A program made the position numbers and the translations under genes. From Bigelowiella natans CCMP2755 (taxonomy: Eukaryota > Protista > Cercozoa), in contig ADNK01000747.1 of assembly GCA_000320545.1 (NCBI GenBank), positions 1-61,252 on the forward strand: a stretch of 61,252 bases of DNA. The letters run 5' to 3'. Under the pieces are notes generated by a model, which saw nothing but the letters and a program-made list of their open reading frames with translations, did no database searches and had not been told where the DNA came from. Numbering within the stretch: the first letter of the stretch is position 1; each line of letters opens with the position of its first letter. Positions 15,874 to 29,720 of this stretch are shown one piece after another.

Positions 15874-17095
15874 CTATTGCCCTTTCTCAACATTACTACC
15901 GTTGTAGCGTGCGGTGGTAGCAACCGCTGGCTCTGCTGATGACCTAAACCGCATGAAAGTCAATCCCACGATGGCCGCTGCGAGTGAGAACCACGTTCCA
16001 GCGTATACAGAGTGCATTTGAGGGGTCGTGTGATAGTTGACGTAGTCCTTTGCGGACTTCCTTACCGGCCAGAGGCGCCCGGGCTGATCGCTGCTCTGCG
16101 GCGAGAGTACATCCAGGAGGAGTGTCTCGACCTCATTCTCCTCTGCGTCCCTACGTTCGAATCCCTTAGCCACAGCGGTCTCCATCATGGCATTCGGGTC
16201 AATGTAGAGCCAATTCCTCCCGGTCGCCTCCCCCTTTTGCGGGAGGAAGGACGAGGGGGTTTCAGCATCTCTGAGGACACCGCTGAGAGTAACGACTCTC
16301 CCTTCCCCTTTCGCGCTCTTCATTAATTTTTCCTCGTGGATGATATCTTTCTGATCCGATCGAACCCACCCCCGGTTCACCAATATAGTCGGACCACCGT
16401 TTGTGAGCCTCATCGGCGTAATGATGAAGAATCCTCCTCGCATACCCGCGAGCTTGCTATCCAAGTGGGTAGGGGCGGAGCGAGGACCGACAATCATTTC
16501 TTGAGAGTAGTCTAGTACGCCTTCCACTGTCACCTGCTCCATCGCAAAGGATGAAGAGAAAATATTTTTAAAAAATGGTTGCCGAGATAAAATGTTGATG
16601 CTTATATATCGAATTAACCTGTCTAAACTCTAACGCATCGTCTGCAGCTCCATCAAAAGTGTCGCCTTCCTGCATAGATCGTAAAACCTCCTCCAACGGT
16701 ATAGGATCCATCTGAAGCTTCTTGGTCCGCGAATCAATGAGATCTACCTTCCACTTCCGTCGTTTTAACTTCGCAGAACGGAAGGAAGAAAGACGAGAAT
16801 CAATAATCACATCGCACATCACCGTTTTATCTCGCATATTTCATATTAAACTAAATGTTTTGAACCTGCCAATAGCCCAGCATGCCAGTGAATGCAGCTA
16901 GAGACAGAAAAACAGCCGGCCCGATAATCCCCCCCGCAGACGAGGACGTCTTTTTCTTTCCTTTCGCCGGCGACGAACCCATGGAAGGTGATGAGGGGGG
17001 TGATGTAGACATCACTCGCCGCAATAGCAGCCGCCTTTGCCTCAGAATAAACCTCCTCGGAGATCTACCTGCGAAGCGAACTGCAACCCAGGATC
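15874..17095 (-). CDS. SURF1: SURF1/Shy1 cytochrome c oxidase assembly factor
   Basis: GMLGYWQ|LKRRKWK, LEFRQ|VTVEG, ILVNRGWV and HSVYAGTWFSLA. Mitochondrial-targeting-like Arg-rich N-terminus. First exon not resolved. Confidence 0.9.
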
Positions 17096-17772
17096 TGAAT
17101 GCAACACAGAAACCAAATTATCGTTCTCTGAGAGCCTAATATTCATGCATGTCGTTCACAAAGTACTACAGCGCAATCTCCCCTCTCTTGTCTGCAGCTA
17201 TCCTATGGACATGGAAGCAGATTTCAAGAGATCTCTCTCGTATCCGCTGGAATGAGGTAGTGGGTTCGACCTTGGGGTCGGCATGTGGTGTGTGGCGAAG
17301 GACAGCCGAGCTCCAGACAATATTTTACCGGCGAATTATGCACATAATCTGATACATTCAATTCTCAATAAAAATGCTGTGGATTTTTGTCTGCGTCAAC
17401 CATTACTTGGAGAAGCATTGATTGATTCTTCATTCTCAGAGCACTGTTCATAAGAGATTTTTTTTTAAATTAATAATTCGGCGGCTTTGTACAGATTGCA
17501 GTTTTCGATTTTAGTCTACAGTTCGTGGCTCCGTTTCCTACCTATTCTCAGCATTCAAGTATGACGCATGTACAATTGGGCCAGAATTTTACACTGATTT
17601 CGCCTGCCGTGGGAAAAAGAAGTTCGAAGATCAGGGAGAGCATCGATCGCACCGAACTAAATGGAATTCCCTAGGTGCTGATTCGTGCCTCCAGCGGCCC
17701 TGCTACTAGAGCACAGAATATGAGTCGTGCGAGTACTGCAGTCAGTGATTTTGAGAACACCAGAATGAATCT

Positions 17773-18276
17773 GTGCTGCCTCTTCGCTTGAAAAGAAAAA
17801 CTTCGATGCTGCAAAGGAAACGGCCCGGCGGCATAGTTCATTCCTTGTTTGTGCTAATCTCTTTCCCGCTGTTCTTGGGCGTTAGGCCTTCGATGCCCAT
17901 GACGTCCAGAATATCCACCACAACTTCCATGCCTAAGATAGGTATGATGGAGAGAAACAGCAGTCTGGACGATCCCAGACCTTCGGATAAGCCTTACAGT
18001 GCTGGAGCGCTGTTCGCGTGGACTGTATATTTCTTCATGAACAATTCGAGCTATTATTTTTCGCTCTCCAACCACAAGCAGCAAGAAGCAACCATATTGG
18101 ATTACAACATGCAATTTTCATCGTGTGTGGAACGTTGGGCCAATATTGGAAGCAACATTATCCAGGATAACTCCCCTCCACGTAATGCAAGTTGTAGCCA
18201 TAATAAGAGCCCGAGCGGTACGAAGAATTCTGCTCACCTCGAAGTGGAACTACCACAGCAATCATATTTCATATAA
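17773..18276 (+). CDS. Hypothetical protein
   Basis: 167-aa ORF with hydrophobic stretches, placed between a 5'-type spacer and a 3'-type block. No recognisable family. Confidence 0.3.
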   Translation: MLPLRLKRKTSMLQRKRPGGIVHSLFVLISFPLFLGVRPSMPMTSRISTTTSMPKIGMMERNSSLDDPRPSDKPYSAGALFAWTVYFFMNNSSYYFSLSNHKQQEATILDYNMQFSSCVERWANIGSNIIQDNSPPRNASCSHNKSPSGTKNSAHLEVELPQQSYFI

Positions 18277-19312
18277 TTCATCTTTAGAATTAGATGGATC
18301 ATTGCATAATATGTGTGTAAACAGTTGTTCAACGATTGATAGAGTTTCCTGCACGGCTTGAAACTCGAGCACCAATTATGATTCAATGTAATGAAATCAG
18401 CTTATCGATCTAGCCTAGTGTACAAGGGTACAGTTATCGATTACTGTGTAAATTTACTGATATATTGAAAACTGATAATTTATTTATGTACGTACATCAT
18501 CTCACATTATTCTGCCTTTGTACTCAGCATTGTACATTTGTCCCATTGTGCGCATGCATGTGCATGCATGCTTGAGCATGCACACATAGGCGGCACACAT
18601 GTATGTACATCTTCTGTAATCTACCCGTTTCAATTTTTTGGGGTGCGGGGTCTGCACGCGATTATCCGACACCGCCATGTGCAAAACCGATTATTCTAGT
18701 ATGCAACGAACAAGGCATGTGTTACATGCATGTGTTTCTACATGTACCAACATCTGCACAGGGCGCTAGCTAGACAGCGTGCGTGGCCAGCACGCATGCA
18801 TGCGCTGGTGGTACTGGTTCGAGTTGTGCCAGCTATCATCAGCACACGCATCTGCAATCATTGATTACTCTTGCTGCGCTATATACGCTCACACATGAAG
18901 ACACGCATGACACATACGTACAAATTATATAACATTGCACCATACACATGGCCGCCATGCTGCTTTAGACGCAACTAAGCTAGCGGTCTAGCTGTGCGTG
19001 ATGCATACTGAGCGTCCATTAGAACAGGTAAATTATTAAACTAACATTGTTGTTGCGCTGCTGTTGCATACGTACAATAAAGCATTATGCAATCTCTGTA
19101 GGAAAACCCCGTTCATTGTTTATCTATATAAGCAAAGTGGCTGAGCAACTTCATGCGTAACGACGGCATTACATCTATGTCACATGCGAAGTACAAATTT
19201 CAATCCATTTAGGGTACTATTCGAGTGCACTCATTATCTGTGTCGGTAGAATATGAGGCCCGTAGATGCCGCAACTTTTTCCATTTTATCAACAAAATCA
19301 CCTTGAGTGGGA

Positions 19313-20033
19313 TTATGATACAACCTTCCATGGCCTATAATACTCGTCGGTTGCATTGTAGGTATACACACAGAATTCCTTTACGGGATATGATAGAGAC
19401 CTCATACCTATGAAGAGGAGTTGGAATGGATACATGATCCCCTTCATCGTCCAGTAGCAGCTTGTCTCAAGGATCGAGATGACCTGTTTGATATACTGCC
19501 GTAACACATAGACAGCAACGAAGGTCACCAGTCCAATAAAAATAATCAACGCCCAATCTCCAAGGGACACCCCAAATGGGCCGCTCGATTCACCAACCTT
19601 TACAACGGTCTCTCCCGGGTCACCATCGCCATGAGAGGAGGTTTGGGAAGAAGATGAAAGCAACTGTTCGATTGTATTCGCATCGGATTCAGTTGTCTCA
19701 TGAACAACAGTGTCTTTGGGTTTTTGCAGTTTTTGCGGTTCTTGCTCCTGTTGTACTATAGGTGAAAACACACGGGTCTCTTCGAACCGCGAGGAGGAGA
19801 TTTTTGGATAGCGCTGATGGTTTTCTTGTACTAGTGCAGTAGTATTTCTTAGATCGTGAGCTGCCTATAGAAGAAAGGGGGAAATGGGAAACTTTGGCAT
19901 TATAAGAGACGTTTAATGGTCTTAATTTTGCTGTCTCTACCTTTCCTTGCAGAATGGCTCTTTCATGCTCCGGTTGCCATCGGGCCTCCGAGGGAATTAT
20001 GATAGAAAGTAGAGTAAGAAGTACAGGGATCAT
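19313..20033 (-). CDS. Hypothetical secretory-pathway single-pass membrane protein (2 exons)
   Basis: Signal-peptide-like MIPVLLTLLSIIIPSEA. A GT-AG intron (~19865-19940) joins it in frame to ORF 19313-19771, which carries the TM segment WALIIFIGLVTFVAVYVL. Confidence 0.55.
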
Positions 20034-20757
20034 TGCCAAATTCCACTTCCAGAAAAGCTCTTCTTGTGCCTGCATTAAACATAGCCCAAGTGAATATCTA
20101 CTTTCCTTCGTTACTGTCATCCTCCCCCCCCTTGGCTCTTGTAATTAGTACCAGCTACAATAGAAGTGATCGTCTAAAATAGTATGACCCGCGACGCGGA
20201 TGATGTGCGAAATCCAAGCTAGAGTACGGTGGGGGGGAGCACGCGACGATTTAGAGCTATCAAAGACTTGTGTTTGCAATTAGTCAGTAACTCGTTATTT
20301 TAGTAGAACAAGGCTAACATCCTTGTCGTCGTCAAATAATGTCCACCAAATATCTCAATAATATCATCAACCAGATAATCGCGTTGGTAGTTATGCTGCC
20401 AGCGAGGAAAGCAGGAAAGCTGTCGCTGGATAATTTTCCCGCGAGACAACCCCTAAGAGTGTACGTAAAAAGGAATTGAAGAGCATTTCTACGTAAATTA
20501 AAAAAAGGGAAATCGTAGGAAGTTTTAGGACAACGACTTCAATCCGCTTTTGTCGCAGATAAGGATCGTGATTGAGCTTCAAAGTCCTTCCATCGACAAG
20601 CACTGCGGGTGCCCCCTTCCGCCATCATTACCTCACCAAACACATCGAAGTGCAAATATCCCAGCGCGCTCATCAATGATTTTGGAATTCATCATTATGT
20701 GTTTTTCTCCGGATAATCAATGATTATATTCAGGATCGTTCACGGTGTTTGAGAACG

Positions 20758-21247
20758 ATGGTGAAAATCATTAACGGAGGTAGCTTACGATTCTTCTTCA
20801 GGCGGATATCACATTGTATTCACGCTCAATAAATACTAGAAATTGTTCCGGACAATGATCCACGAGCTAAAGCGTATGCTAGACAAAGTCAAAGCAGTTC
20901 ATCGAAGAATCGAATAGGAAGCATAAGAGGTCTTTCGCAGTCTGGTGGCAATGGGCCACCCCAGGGTTCATATGGACAAGGAGCGAATCAAAGCGGTCAA
21001 ATGTTCGCTACTCAGCCTGGACGGTAATGAAGATGCGATACTAGCTATATTTACGTAAAAGTTATAGAGTTTGACACAGTATGTACGTGTGCGATGGCAA
21101 CATGACTTCAGTAAATTTTTTTTAAGATCATCATCTCAAGGAAAAGGCCTACTTGGGCTCCCAATGATACATCTCTTCGGGGTCGATATCATACCTGAGG
21201 TGTATCTAGGTATTGTGTTTACACCATGCCTTACATAAATTCACAAA

Positions 21248-21289
<42 letters not shown>

Positions 21290-21628
21290 GCCCAACTTAC
21301 AAACTTATGGGTCCCTGGTCACACAATCAGGTTTAGCTTTGGTGGCATTTCTGGCAGGTATAGACAAGGTCAGTCAATATTTTCGATTGTTTATCATCTC
21401 GTTTCCGAAATATCTTGTATTTCTACCGCCCCTTGCAGGCCTTGATGTTAGCGGCTGTGTTCTTCTGCTTCAAGTGGTATCAAGACAAAACTCGAGGTTA
21501 CTAGAAACTAGCTAGCACAGTACAATATACGGTATCGATGAATTTCTGCAACTAGATACCTATGCTACACTGTTCTTCTCAGGTGAAAATGCGGTCCCTT
21601 TTATGGCATCCACCAGTTCTAGACCTTT

Positions 21629-21660
<32 letters not shown>

Positions 21661-21740
21661 AGAAGAATACCTCCGGGGTCCGTCTTGGTGGCGAATCAAA
21701 AAAGAGAAAGGGCGGCATTAGGACGCTTCATGACACCTGA
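20758..21740 (+). CDS. FAM241/DUF4605-like small membrane protein
   Basis: Spliced N-terminus MVKIINGEIVPDNDPRA resembles FAM241B MVRILANGEIVQDDDPRV. Followed by a G/Q-rich linker, hydrophobic exons and the end RKGGIRTLHDT*. Confidence 0.65.
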
Positions 21741-22497
21741 AAAGCATGTACAAAACATATCGTATATTGATCCCAGTGGGTAAGCATTCCAAAACAAGCA
21801 TTTTGCTTTTGTATTTTGATCAATATTAACAATGAGAAGTGGCGTGATTTCAATACCACTGCGTATGAGATGCCGCTGTGGAACGAATAAAATAATTGTG
21901 TGCAAACGCTACTAATGTGTACAAGCACAACTAGTGCTAGCAGCTATGGAGCGCAGGGTTGTCATTGCGTAGTACGTGTATAGTGCAGTAGATCGAAAAT
22001 GTAAAAACGGACATTTTAGCTGCGGAGTGTGCAGCTTTAATCTTGCTACACAATCAAATGTAGCGTCTCTAAAGATCATACATAGCCGCATATATGATAC
22101 TAAACATGTACGACTAGCATACTAACAAGTTATTTACAACGTGTCTAATGGACGCATCTGTGCACATGAGCACACATTAAATGCATATTCTATCTATGCA
22201 CGCTTGCAAACAGCTATGCTATGCATTAGCCAAGAACTAGGTGCTTGCTAGCATACTCGCCACATGCATGCCTAGTTGCTAGCAGGTTGCGATGAGTATC
22301 TAGAGAACATGCCAGATGTATTCGTGGTACAAGGTACATTGCATATAAACATAACAAAAGCATGTGGAGATAATTACATTATTCATTCATTTATTTAGAA
22401 CTGACATTCTTGCTAAATACGATCTGTATCGAAATTTGTTTAACTATTCAGCTGACCCATCTAACCACTTTTCAGAGGATGTTTATCGCAGAAGAGA

Positions 22498-23784
22498 TTA
22501 AGCGTTCTGACATATTCCTGGGCTAAATAATCCGTTCGGAAAATGATTCAGCGCCCCACTGTTGTTTTTAGCATAATAACCTCCAGACATTTTCAACAGC
22601 TCAACTCCACAAAATCTGCACCAGTGAACCTTGGCTCCTCGGACACCACAATTGTGGGACATGTGATTACATCCTCCATCATGATCGAAGCGCACATGAC
22701 ACCCAGGACATCGCGTGGCCTTCCTTACTCTTTTCGTCGTTGCCTCATCCTCACCCTTTCTCTCCAGTAAGTATTCCCTGCATGTCTTTCCTGCATGTGA
22801 GGGGCCCTGGCAATTGAGACAAATCCTCTGCTGGCAGCTTGGGCAACGGATATTTTGTCTATTCTTGTTTTCATCCTCATTTTTATCCATAGAAATTTCT
22901 TTGTGACACAGAGGACACTCGATCAGGTTGCATGCGTTCATAATGCTTTTCCGTTGGTAGAGTTTCACGAAACGGTCGGGAATGATCCTCAGCGCTTGAG
23001 CTACCTGGAAGGCTTGTTCTGGGATATGCTCCCTACAATTCCAACCCTGCCCAGGCTGACCGCATGTAATAGCTGTAAAATCCTGTTCCAGTCTATTTCC
23101 CATGACTCCTTTCGTGTGGTCAAGGCAGAAAGTGTGGGCGCACTTGCAGTTCGTGAGGGAGTAGAGTCCCAGCTCTTTGCAATGAGGAAAAGTACAGAAC
23201 TTAGAAGCCGATGAAGCCTCAAATTTAAACCTAGTATTTATCCTCCGTTCTTTCGACTCTTTTTTTTCCCCAACTGCCATCTTGGAAAATTGTCTCTGGT
23301 ACTCCATCAGAATAGCCTTAGTAGCAAACCCCAGTCCCTTCCCTTCGCTTATGATTTGAGACAGAGGGGTGGAGCTACTGACATTCTTTGCAATCCATTT
23401 TTTCAACTGATCTTTATTAGCATTGGGCTTGCTCGGTGTAATTTTCAGTCTCGCTGTCTCCGAGGTGCGCCAGATAAACAAAGAGCGGAACGAAGAGCGT
23501 AGCCTGGTGATGCCCCATCCAAAAAATGCTCTCATGAAGAGATCGGCGGTTTCAGCAAGGATTACGGAGAGAAATACGAGGTCCCTGAGATAAAATGTAT
23601 TTTCCCCATGGATCCATGTCCACCGGTTGCTAAGTATGAGTCCTATGAGGCAAAGAGATGCATAGCTCCCAAAGCGGAGGGATGTGAACAGCAACTCTAA
23701 CATGATAAGTATTGGGGCTGAAAGAAACAGATAGCCCAGACTGTGGACCAGCAACGCCAGCGATATGTACATCATTCCAGTCAT
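22498..23784 (-). CDS. RBR (RING-IBR-RING) E3 ubiquitin ligase with N-terminal transmembrane region, intronless
   Basis: C-x-H-x-FC RING1, IBR CPLC...CPSCQQRICLNC...H...C, and RING2 CPGC...GGCNHM with the catalytic Cys. Hydrophobic first ~90 aa. Confidence 0.85.
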   Translation of the reverse strand: MTGMMYISLALLVHSLGYLFLSAPILIMLELLFTSLRFGSYASLCLIGLILSNRWTWIHGENTFYLRDLVFLSVILAETADLFMRAFFGWGITRLRSSFRSLFIWRTSETARLKITPSKPNANKDQLKKWIAKNVSSSTPLSQIISEGKGLGFATKAILMEYQRQFSKMAVGEKKESKERRINTRFKFEASSASKFCTFPHCKELGLYSLTNCKCAHTFCLDHTKGVMGNRLEQDFTAITCGQPGQGWNCREHIPEQAFQVAQALRIIPDRFVKLYQRKSIMNACNLIECPLCHKEISMDKNEDENKNRQNIRCPSCQQRICLNCQGPSHAGKTCREYLLERKGEDEATTKRVRKATRCPGCHVRFDHDGGCNHMSHNCGVRGAKVHWCRFCGVELLKMSGGYYAKNNSGALNHFPNGLFSPGICQNA

Positions 23785-24325
23785 TATTTTGTTTCAAAGC
23801 TTTTATTGTCTTATTCTTTTCAATTGTGTGGAACTAATCTTCTCTTGACACTCACCTGACACCCGACACCTGCACATCGCCAGCACGTCGATCAAACAGT
23901 GTAAATTCCCACTCCTTTGGAACATACGACAAGAAAAATTACTGCAAATATCGCCCTCGTCCTGTGTTCTTCTTGGCTTCTCTCTCTGCCGAGCCGCAGG
24001 TCACAGTCAAAGCCAAAGCTGTAATTTATTTTCCTGCGACATGCCTTTTGTTCTGGCGCAGAATGAAAATTCGCAAGGGAATTTAAACAAGCTCGCATCA
24101 CCTGTCGCATGCAAAAATGTGAAAAGAATCTCGAGGAATCAGGGCGATTTGCCAAGGAATCGAATTTCCGGAGCTTGACTTCTTGACTTCGGAGACTCGG
24201 AGTAGTTTTACACATTTCCTGCCCAATTCCTTGACGCAGCAAAAAAATCACCTTGGCTTTCCGTACCATCAGAAAATCTGTTGTGGAAGTAAGAATCGAG
24301 GTGCTCTCCCCCACCTTCATCCGAC

Positions 24326-25382
24326 ATGGACGACCGTATGCTTCTCCCGGCTCTCGCCACAGGTGATTTAGTCGAAACTGGGGTTACTAGAGACCACAGA
24401 TGCTACCATTGTCGACAACATTTCTTTCACGCCTATCTGAACCGGAAGCGCTCGCCATTGCAGTGCACGGAAGAAATAAGTCACGTGTTTGCGAGAGGTC
24501 CGCAAGGGGTCCCAGAGATCTTATGACGAATCACTCAATCACACTTGCGGAAATATCTAGTCAATAAACGACCCGAAGAAGGCATAACATGCTTCCTCTT
24601 TATAACAACGACAGCTGGAGCGTTGGCAATAGGCACACTGTGGTATATGAACCAGTATCTCGAGAGCTCCGAATCGAAGGAGCGCGAAGAGGTGACACAA
24701 CTCTTAAATCGGTCCGAGGAGCTAGCCAAGAAACTTGGAAAGTTATCTAAGGATGTACAGGGCCTTGTCGCTAAGGTGGTGTACTATATCCAACTAGATG
24801 CTTCTCCTATATGACGATTCTGTTTGTTTTCCGGATGTTCAGGAGCGCAAAGCCAGCGAAACCGACGAACAACTAAAGGAGGTGGTGTAGCTAATGATGT
24901 TCTTCCACTATCATAAGAAATATGAGAGCTTATTCTTTCTGTACCTTCAGTTTTCGTCGAACCTTGCGGCCTTGGCTTCCAAGGATGAAACCAAGTTGAA
25001 ACTTGTTCGTATTGGAACGCGCGACAGTGAGGTGGGATTGTTGTTATATATGCATATTATATCACCCTTCGATCTAGTGTGTTTTGGGAAAATATATCCA
25101 TGCTTTGCATCCACATTCGTGCTAGTGTGTGTCAGGTGAATCATGAGCATACACTCGTACAAACAAAATAGCCAAACACAGCTAACGGTATATATTTCCC
25201 ATTTTTCTCCTCGATAATTCGCATAGCTTGCAATGTGGCAAGCGAAACACGTGGAAAGTATCCTGGGAAAAGCTTACAAGTACATGGCATTCACCACCTT
25301 CCCCCATATATTAAGAGGCAGGGAGGGAGGGGCACACACAAACACACACACACAACATGCACAACTTCATTCTACTACATAC

Positions 25383-25418
<36 letters not shown>

Positions 25419-26543
25419 TATATATATTTCTTTGCCATGAGTACGTTTGATCCTCGTTGACAGCCACGTGAGCACAAAAATCGTCGGGATGAAGACCCTG
25501 GGCGACAAGGTAGCTAAGAAAGGGGGGGGGGGGGAGGGGCGTTCGCAGTCTACTTCTTACGATCCACCAAAACTTCCACTTTATTAGTCGATATGCTCAA
25601 CGTTATATAAGAAATGCAACAATTATGATTTTCGAGACTACGGCATCATCAGTTACATTTTACTTGTCTTCAGGATCTAAAATCGGCCCTCTCCACATTC
25701 TCCAATAAAGGTGACGGGAAGAGCGGGGGGGGCGCGCGTGGGATCCACAAACAATGGGAAAATCCGTCTTATCCTCTTTCTCTTTCATTTTCTCTGCTCC
25801 GCTCTGTGTGAAAACAACCAACAGGTGTGTTCACGAAAGAGCTTGATGCAGCGCTCTTGCTAGGCGAGGTGGACATTGCAGTACATTCCATGAAGGTAAA
25901 GACTGATTCTCGCAATATCGCGGAGCCATCTTCAGTTAGAAACTTGTGGAATATTTTTCGCTTCTCAGCCATCGCCGATGTGTTGTATATATTCTGAAAT
26001 TAAGCGGGAAACATCGATAAGCCATTGTCCCACCAAGCAACACAGAATAGAGAATCGCCGATGTTCGTGTATCAGGCATCCACATCGTGTCATCATCGTT
26101 TTTAATCTAAAATGTGCAACAAAAACCGTAGGATTTACCGACAACATTGGAGAGCGGCCTCAGTCTAGGATGCGTCCTCGAACGGTGACGTTTTCTCTCC
26201 CGCCTCATTCTAATATGATATGCCAATGGCTGCTTTCGAAAGACGATCGCATTATAGATTATGCATTTTGTGCGCCAACTCGAGGGAGTCGTGAAGTGCA
26301 TTCTCTCGGCTGTTTCGCTATTGGTGGCAGCTTGGGTCTAAATCTATCTCAATCTTTTTGTTCGGTTGGCTTCTCTTCTCTTCTTCTCGTGTATCTATTG
26401 CCGGGTTGACCAGAGGGACTATTGAAGATGCCGTTGTCCTAAGCGCAAAGCACAAAGTGAGAATGAATCTATGCTGCTGTCGAGAAGGATCTATTCTGAT
26501 ATTCAATTTCATACTTCATAAACACATAGAATTGGATGTGTGT

Positions 26544-26583
<40 letters not shown>

Positions 26584-26619
26584 ATTACACTAAATATGTA
26601 TGCATATCTCCCTCTCCCT

Positions 26620-26666
<47 letters not shown>

Positions 26667-27345
26667 CCTTCTTTCCATGTGCACGGTGCGCATGTAGAGT
26701 TGCGTCTTTATTGGAATCTTTTGTCGTGTTGCCTTGCTAGAATTCGAGCATGATAAAGTCCCTCGCGACACTTCCCGCTGGATCCGTACTAGGTTTTGCG
26801 AACAACACACAACCACATAAAAATGCCAGCGCACGATGCAGCAAGGAATTGCAATAAGGATAGGGTTTCAATGTTTGAATTTTATTTGTGTTGCGCAGGC
26901 ACATCTGCCCTCCGCCGCCGGGCTGTTTTGCTGCGAAATTTCCCGGATCTCGTTGTGAAAGGTGCTAATCGCTAACATGACGTCCTGCGCTCTACCTTGA
27001 TGTGTTGGAAGGCTGCATCATGCCCCCCCCCCCCCCCTTACAGTTTATAGCATCCTAGATTAATTATCCCCTTACACAACCCGTCACAATTCGATTGGAA
27101 TAGTATTGTTTTTGGTTTTGATTCGCTTCTTCTTAATCCATGTCCTAACGCTCTGGATCCTCTCCTCATGGTATATAAAGATGTGCGAGGAAATCTTCAG
27201 ACTCGGCTGAGGAAGCTCGATGACGACGATGATGGCAATAAAGACAAAATCAAGTAGTATTTGCACCGTCTCTTCGTCAATCACGCAAACACGCATCCAT
27301 AGGCATAACAGAATGGTAGCTGGGAGGTGTGCGATGTTAATATAA

Positions 27346-27389
<44 letters not shown>

Positions 27390-28063
27390 ATGGCACTCAC
27401 TCATCATCCATTCATTCGTCTGAAAAGATACGACGCATTAATTCTGGCGAGAACAGGCCTGCAGAGATGCAAGCTTGAGCACAGAATCTCAGAGGTAATC
27501 ATAGGCGGAGGGAGGCGGAAGGAGGAGGAGGAGGAGGAGACGATTGAATAAAAAGAAAGCATAGATACAGAATGACAGTGGAAGTACAGCGAATCAACAC
27601 CGGCGAGAGTGCCACAAAAGCAGCGAGATACATCGTGAATACTCCTCAAAATCCTTGTCTGATGCATAGGTGCTAGATTGTGATAAGTACGGCCACGCAG
27701 TGTCTCAAGGCGCTCTCGCAGTTGTGTGCAGGTACGCAACAACGTGATGACAGCCGCTAATGATGACAGCAGTCGTAGTAAATAGTAATAAAAATGACAT
27801 ACATAGTCGAAAATAGCATGCCGAGGATGATTATGATCACGATAGAAGACTTGTCGTAGTTTGTAGACAGCAGCCTTTTCTCAGAGAAAGTGTGGCAAAA
27901 TCGATTTCAGATCCAGCGATGGCTTAGCGATGCAGCTGCTTCGTGGACTGAATCACATCCCAACTCGCCTGCGAGTCACAGCCGAGCGCGCACTGCTGAG
28001 GACATTAGAGGTATGGATGCTACGGCGTGTAGACTTCCCATTGTCAATATTGCGGAGGGAGAG

Positions 28064-28114
<51 letters not shown>

Positions 28115-29276
28115 GGATGCTCCCCCCCCCCCCCCCCCCCCGGGTGGGGTCGTTTGACGCTGCTGTCTCGTGTCGATAATACTACAGGGAGGGGTGTAAG
28201 GTCCCAATAGCCGTCACGAGTGCCTACAATGAGAGCAAATCGCAGGTTGGCCACGCACGCATACACACACACACACACGAACACACACAAATTCGCCTCA
28301 CGTCCTTTATTTTCCTGCAAACCGAACACAAGTGCGACACCACATCAAGAGCCCCCTCTGATGCTCACAGCTAACACGCAAAATTGATGAAAGCAGCCAG
28401 CTGATGAAGATCCTGCAGCCCTGTCGTTGTCATCATCATTGTCTTCGTCATCACCGTCATCATCACCGTCTCTGTTGTTTTCCAAAATAGTTGCGGCTGA
28501 AAGGATGGGTCGTGTCACTCGATGGTAATAGTAGCAGCAGCAGCAGCAGTATTTGTGGTGGTGGTTGCGTCGTCATCGTCGTTGTTGTTGTGGAATGATA
28601 CGCTCGAATCGAGGCGCGATCCCGCACACTAACATTAACTTGGCAACACCTAATTCATGCATATACACCGTTCAGGAAAGAGAATGGTTGAAGCCGAGGA
28701 AACGCACGATGGCGTGCCTCCTTCACTTGAACTCGTATTACATTTTGCAGCACGCAAACATAATGCAACAGATAGAATATTATTGTGACGTCAGATTGCT
28801 ACGGTCGCGACTCTTTCCATTTCATTTTACTGTGATTACAACTAGATGATGTTGTTTGTCGTTGCAATGATCAGGGCCTTCAAATGGCGGACAAAGTAGG
28901 GGTTTCCGTTGGAGAAGCTCTTAAAAAGGTGGTTTGGGTGAAAAGTAGATTATGAAGCACATCAAAACCTCACGCACAGAAGGGAGGAGAGGGGGGTGTT
29001 GAAGAGAGGCCGAGAGGACTGCAGCGATGCCTGTCGCATAATCTCTAGTGGAAAATTAACAACTTTCCGACGTCGACTTGCGTGTGATGTGAGAAGAGGT
29101 TCCACACATGCGACCTTTTGGTTTTCGTTCTGCTTTTTGTTTTATATTACAAACTCATGAAGTCTTGTGGAATTGATTGTCTTTTTTTATAATTCGATCA
29201 ACAGAAAGGAGCTGAGGCTATATTAATTGAGTGTCGGGGCACAACACTAAACTTCGAAGCCCCAACGAAAAAGTAG
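24326..29276 (+). CDS. hemC: Porphobilinogen deaminase (hydroxymethylbilane synthase) with N-terminal TM + coiled-coil extension, multi-exon
   Basis: RIGTRDSE|LAMWQA, KTLGDK, GVFTKELDAALLLGEVDIAVHSMK|DLPT, GTSALRR, DVRGNLQTRLRKL, YDALILARTGLQR, VGQGALAVVC; ends KGAEAILIECRGTTLNFEAPTKK*. Confidence 0.92.
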
Positions 29277-29309
29277 GCGGAAGGATCTTGTTGCTGGCGT
29301 GAAGCGGCA

Positions 29310-29720
29310 CATCAGCATGCACCTGGCTGTTCATTTGTCTTCATAGATTTGTGAACGTTGATCGCAGTTTGTATGGATGTCTAACAATGCGCGCGTACCA
29401 CATGCATCGCATGCGCACGCAGACGAAGCTGTGCCGCGTCTACGCGCTAGCGCACTCATTCTGCTGTCGTGCGCAAAACTAGCAACAACGCGCGCGCGCA
29501 CGATGGAATCCGCTAATCAGCACGCGCATGTGCACATCGTAGCTCATGTGTACGCCACATGCACAACAGCATTTCAGCATGTCAGCTGTGCTACCAGCGA
29601 TCGAATGCACATGGTGTGGCTTCGATCAGCACCTCACAAATTGAGTGTGTGATGTTTCATTTGGCAGGGTCGATGAGACCACTAGACGTACTTGTCGTCA
29701 ATTGCTTGTCGTGTGCCTAG
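29310..29720. other. CTAG/CATG/TGCA-rich 3' block at a tandem (+/+) junction
   Basis: Same composition as the convergent-junction blocks but roughly half as long. Confidence 0.6.
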
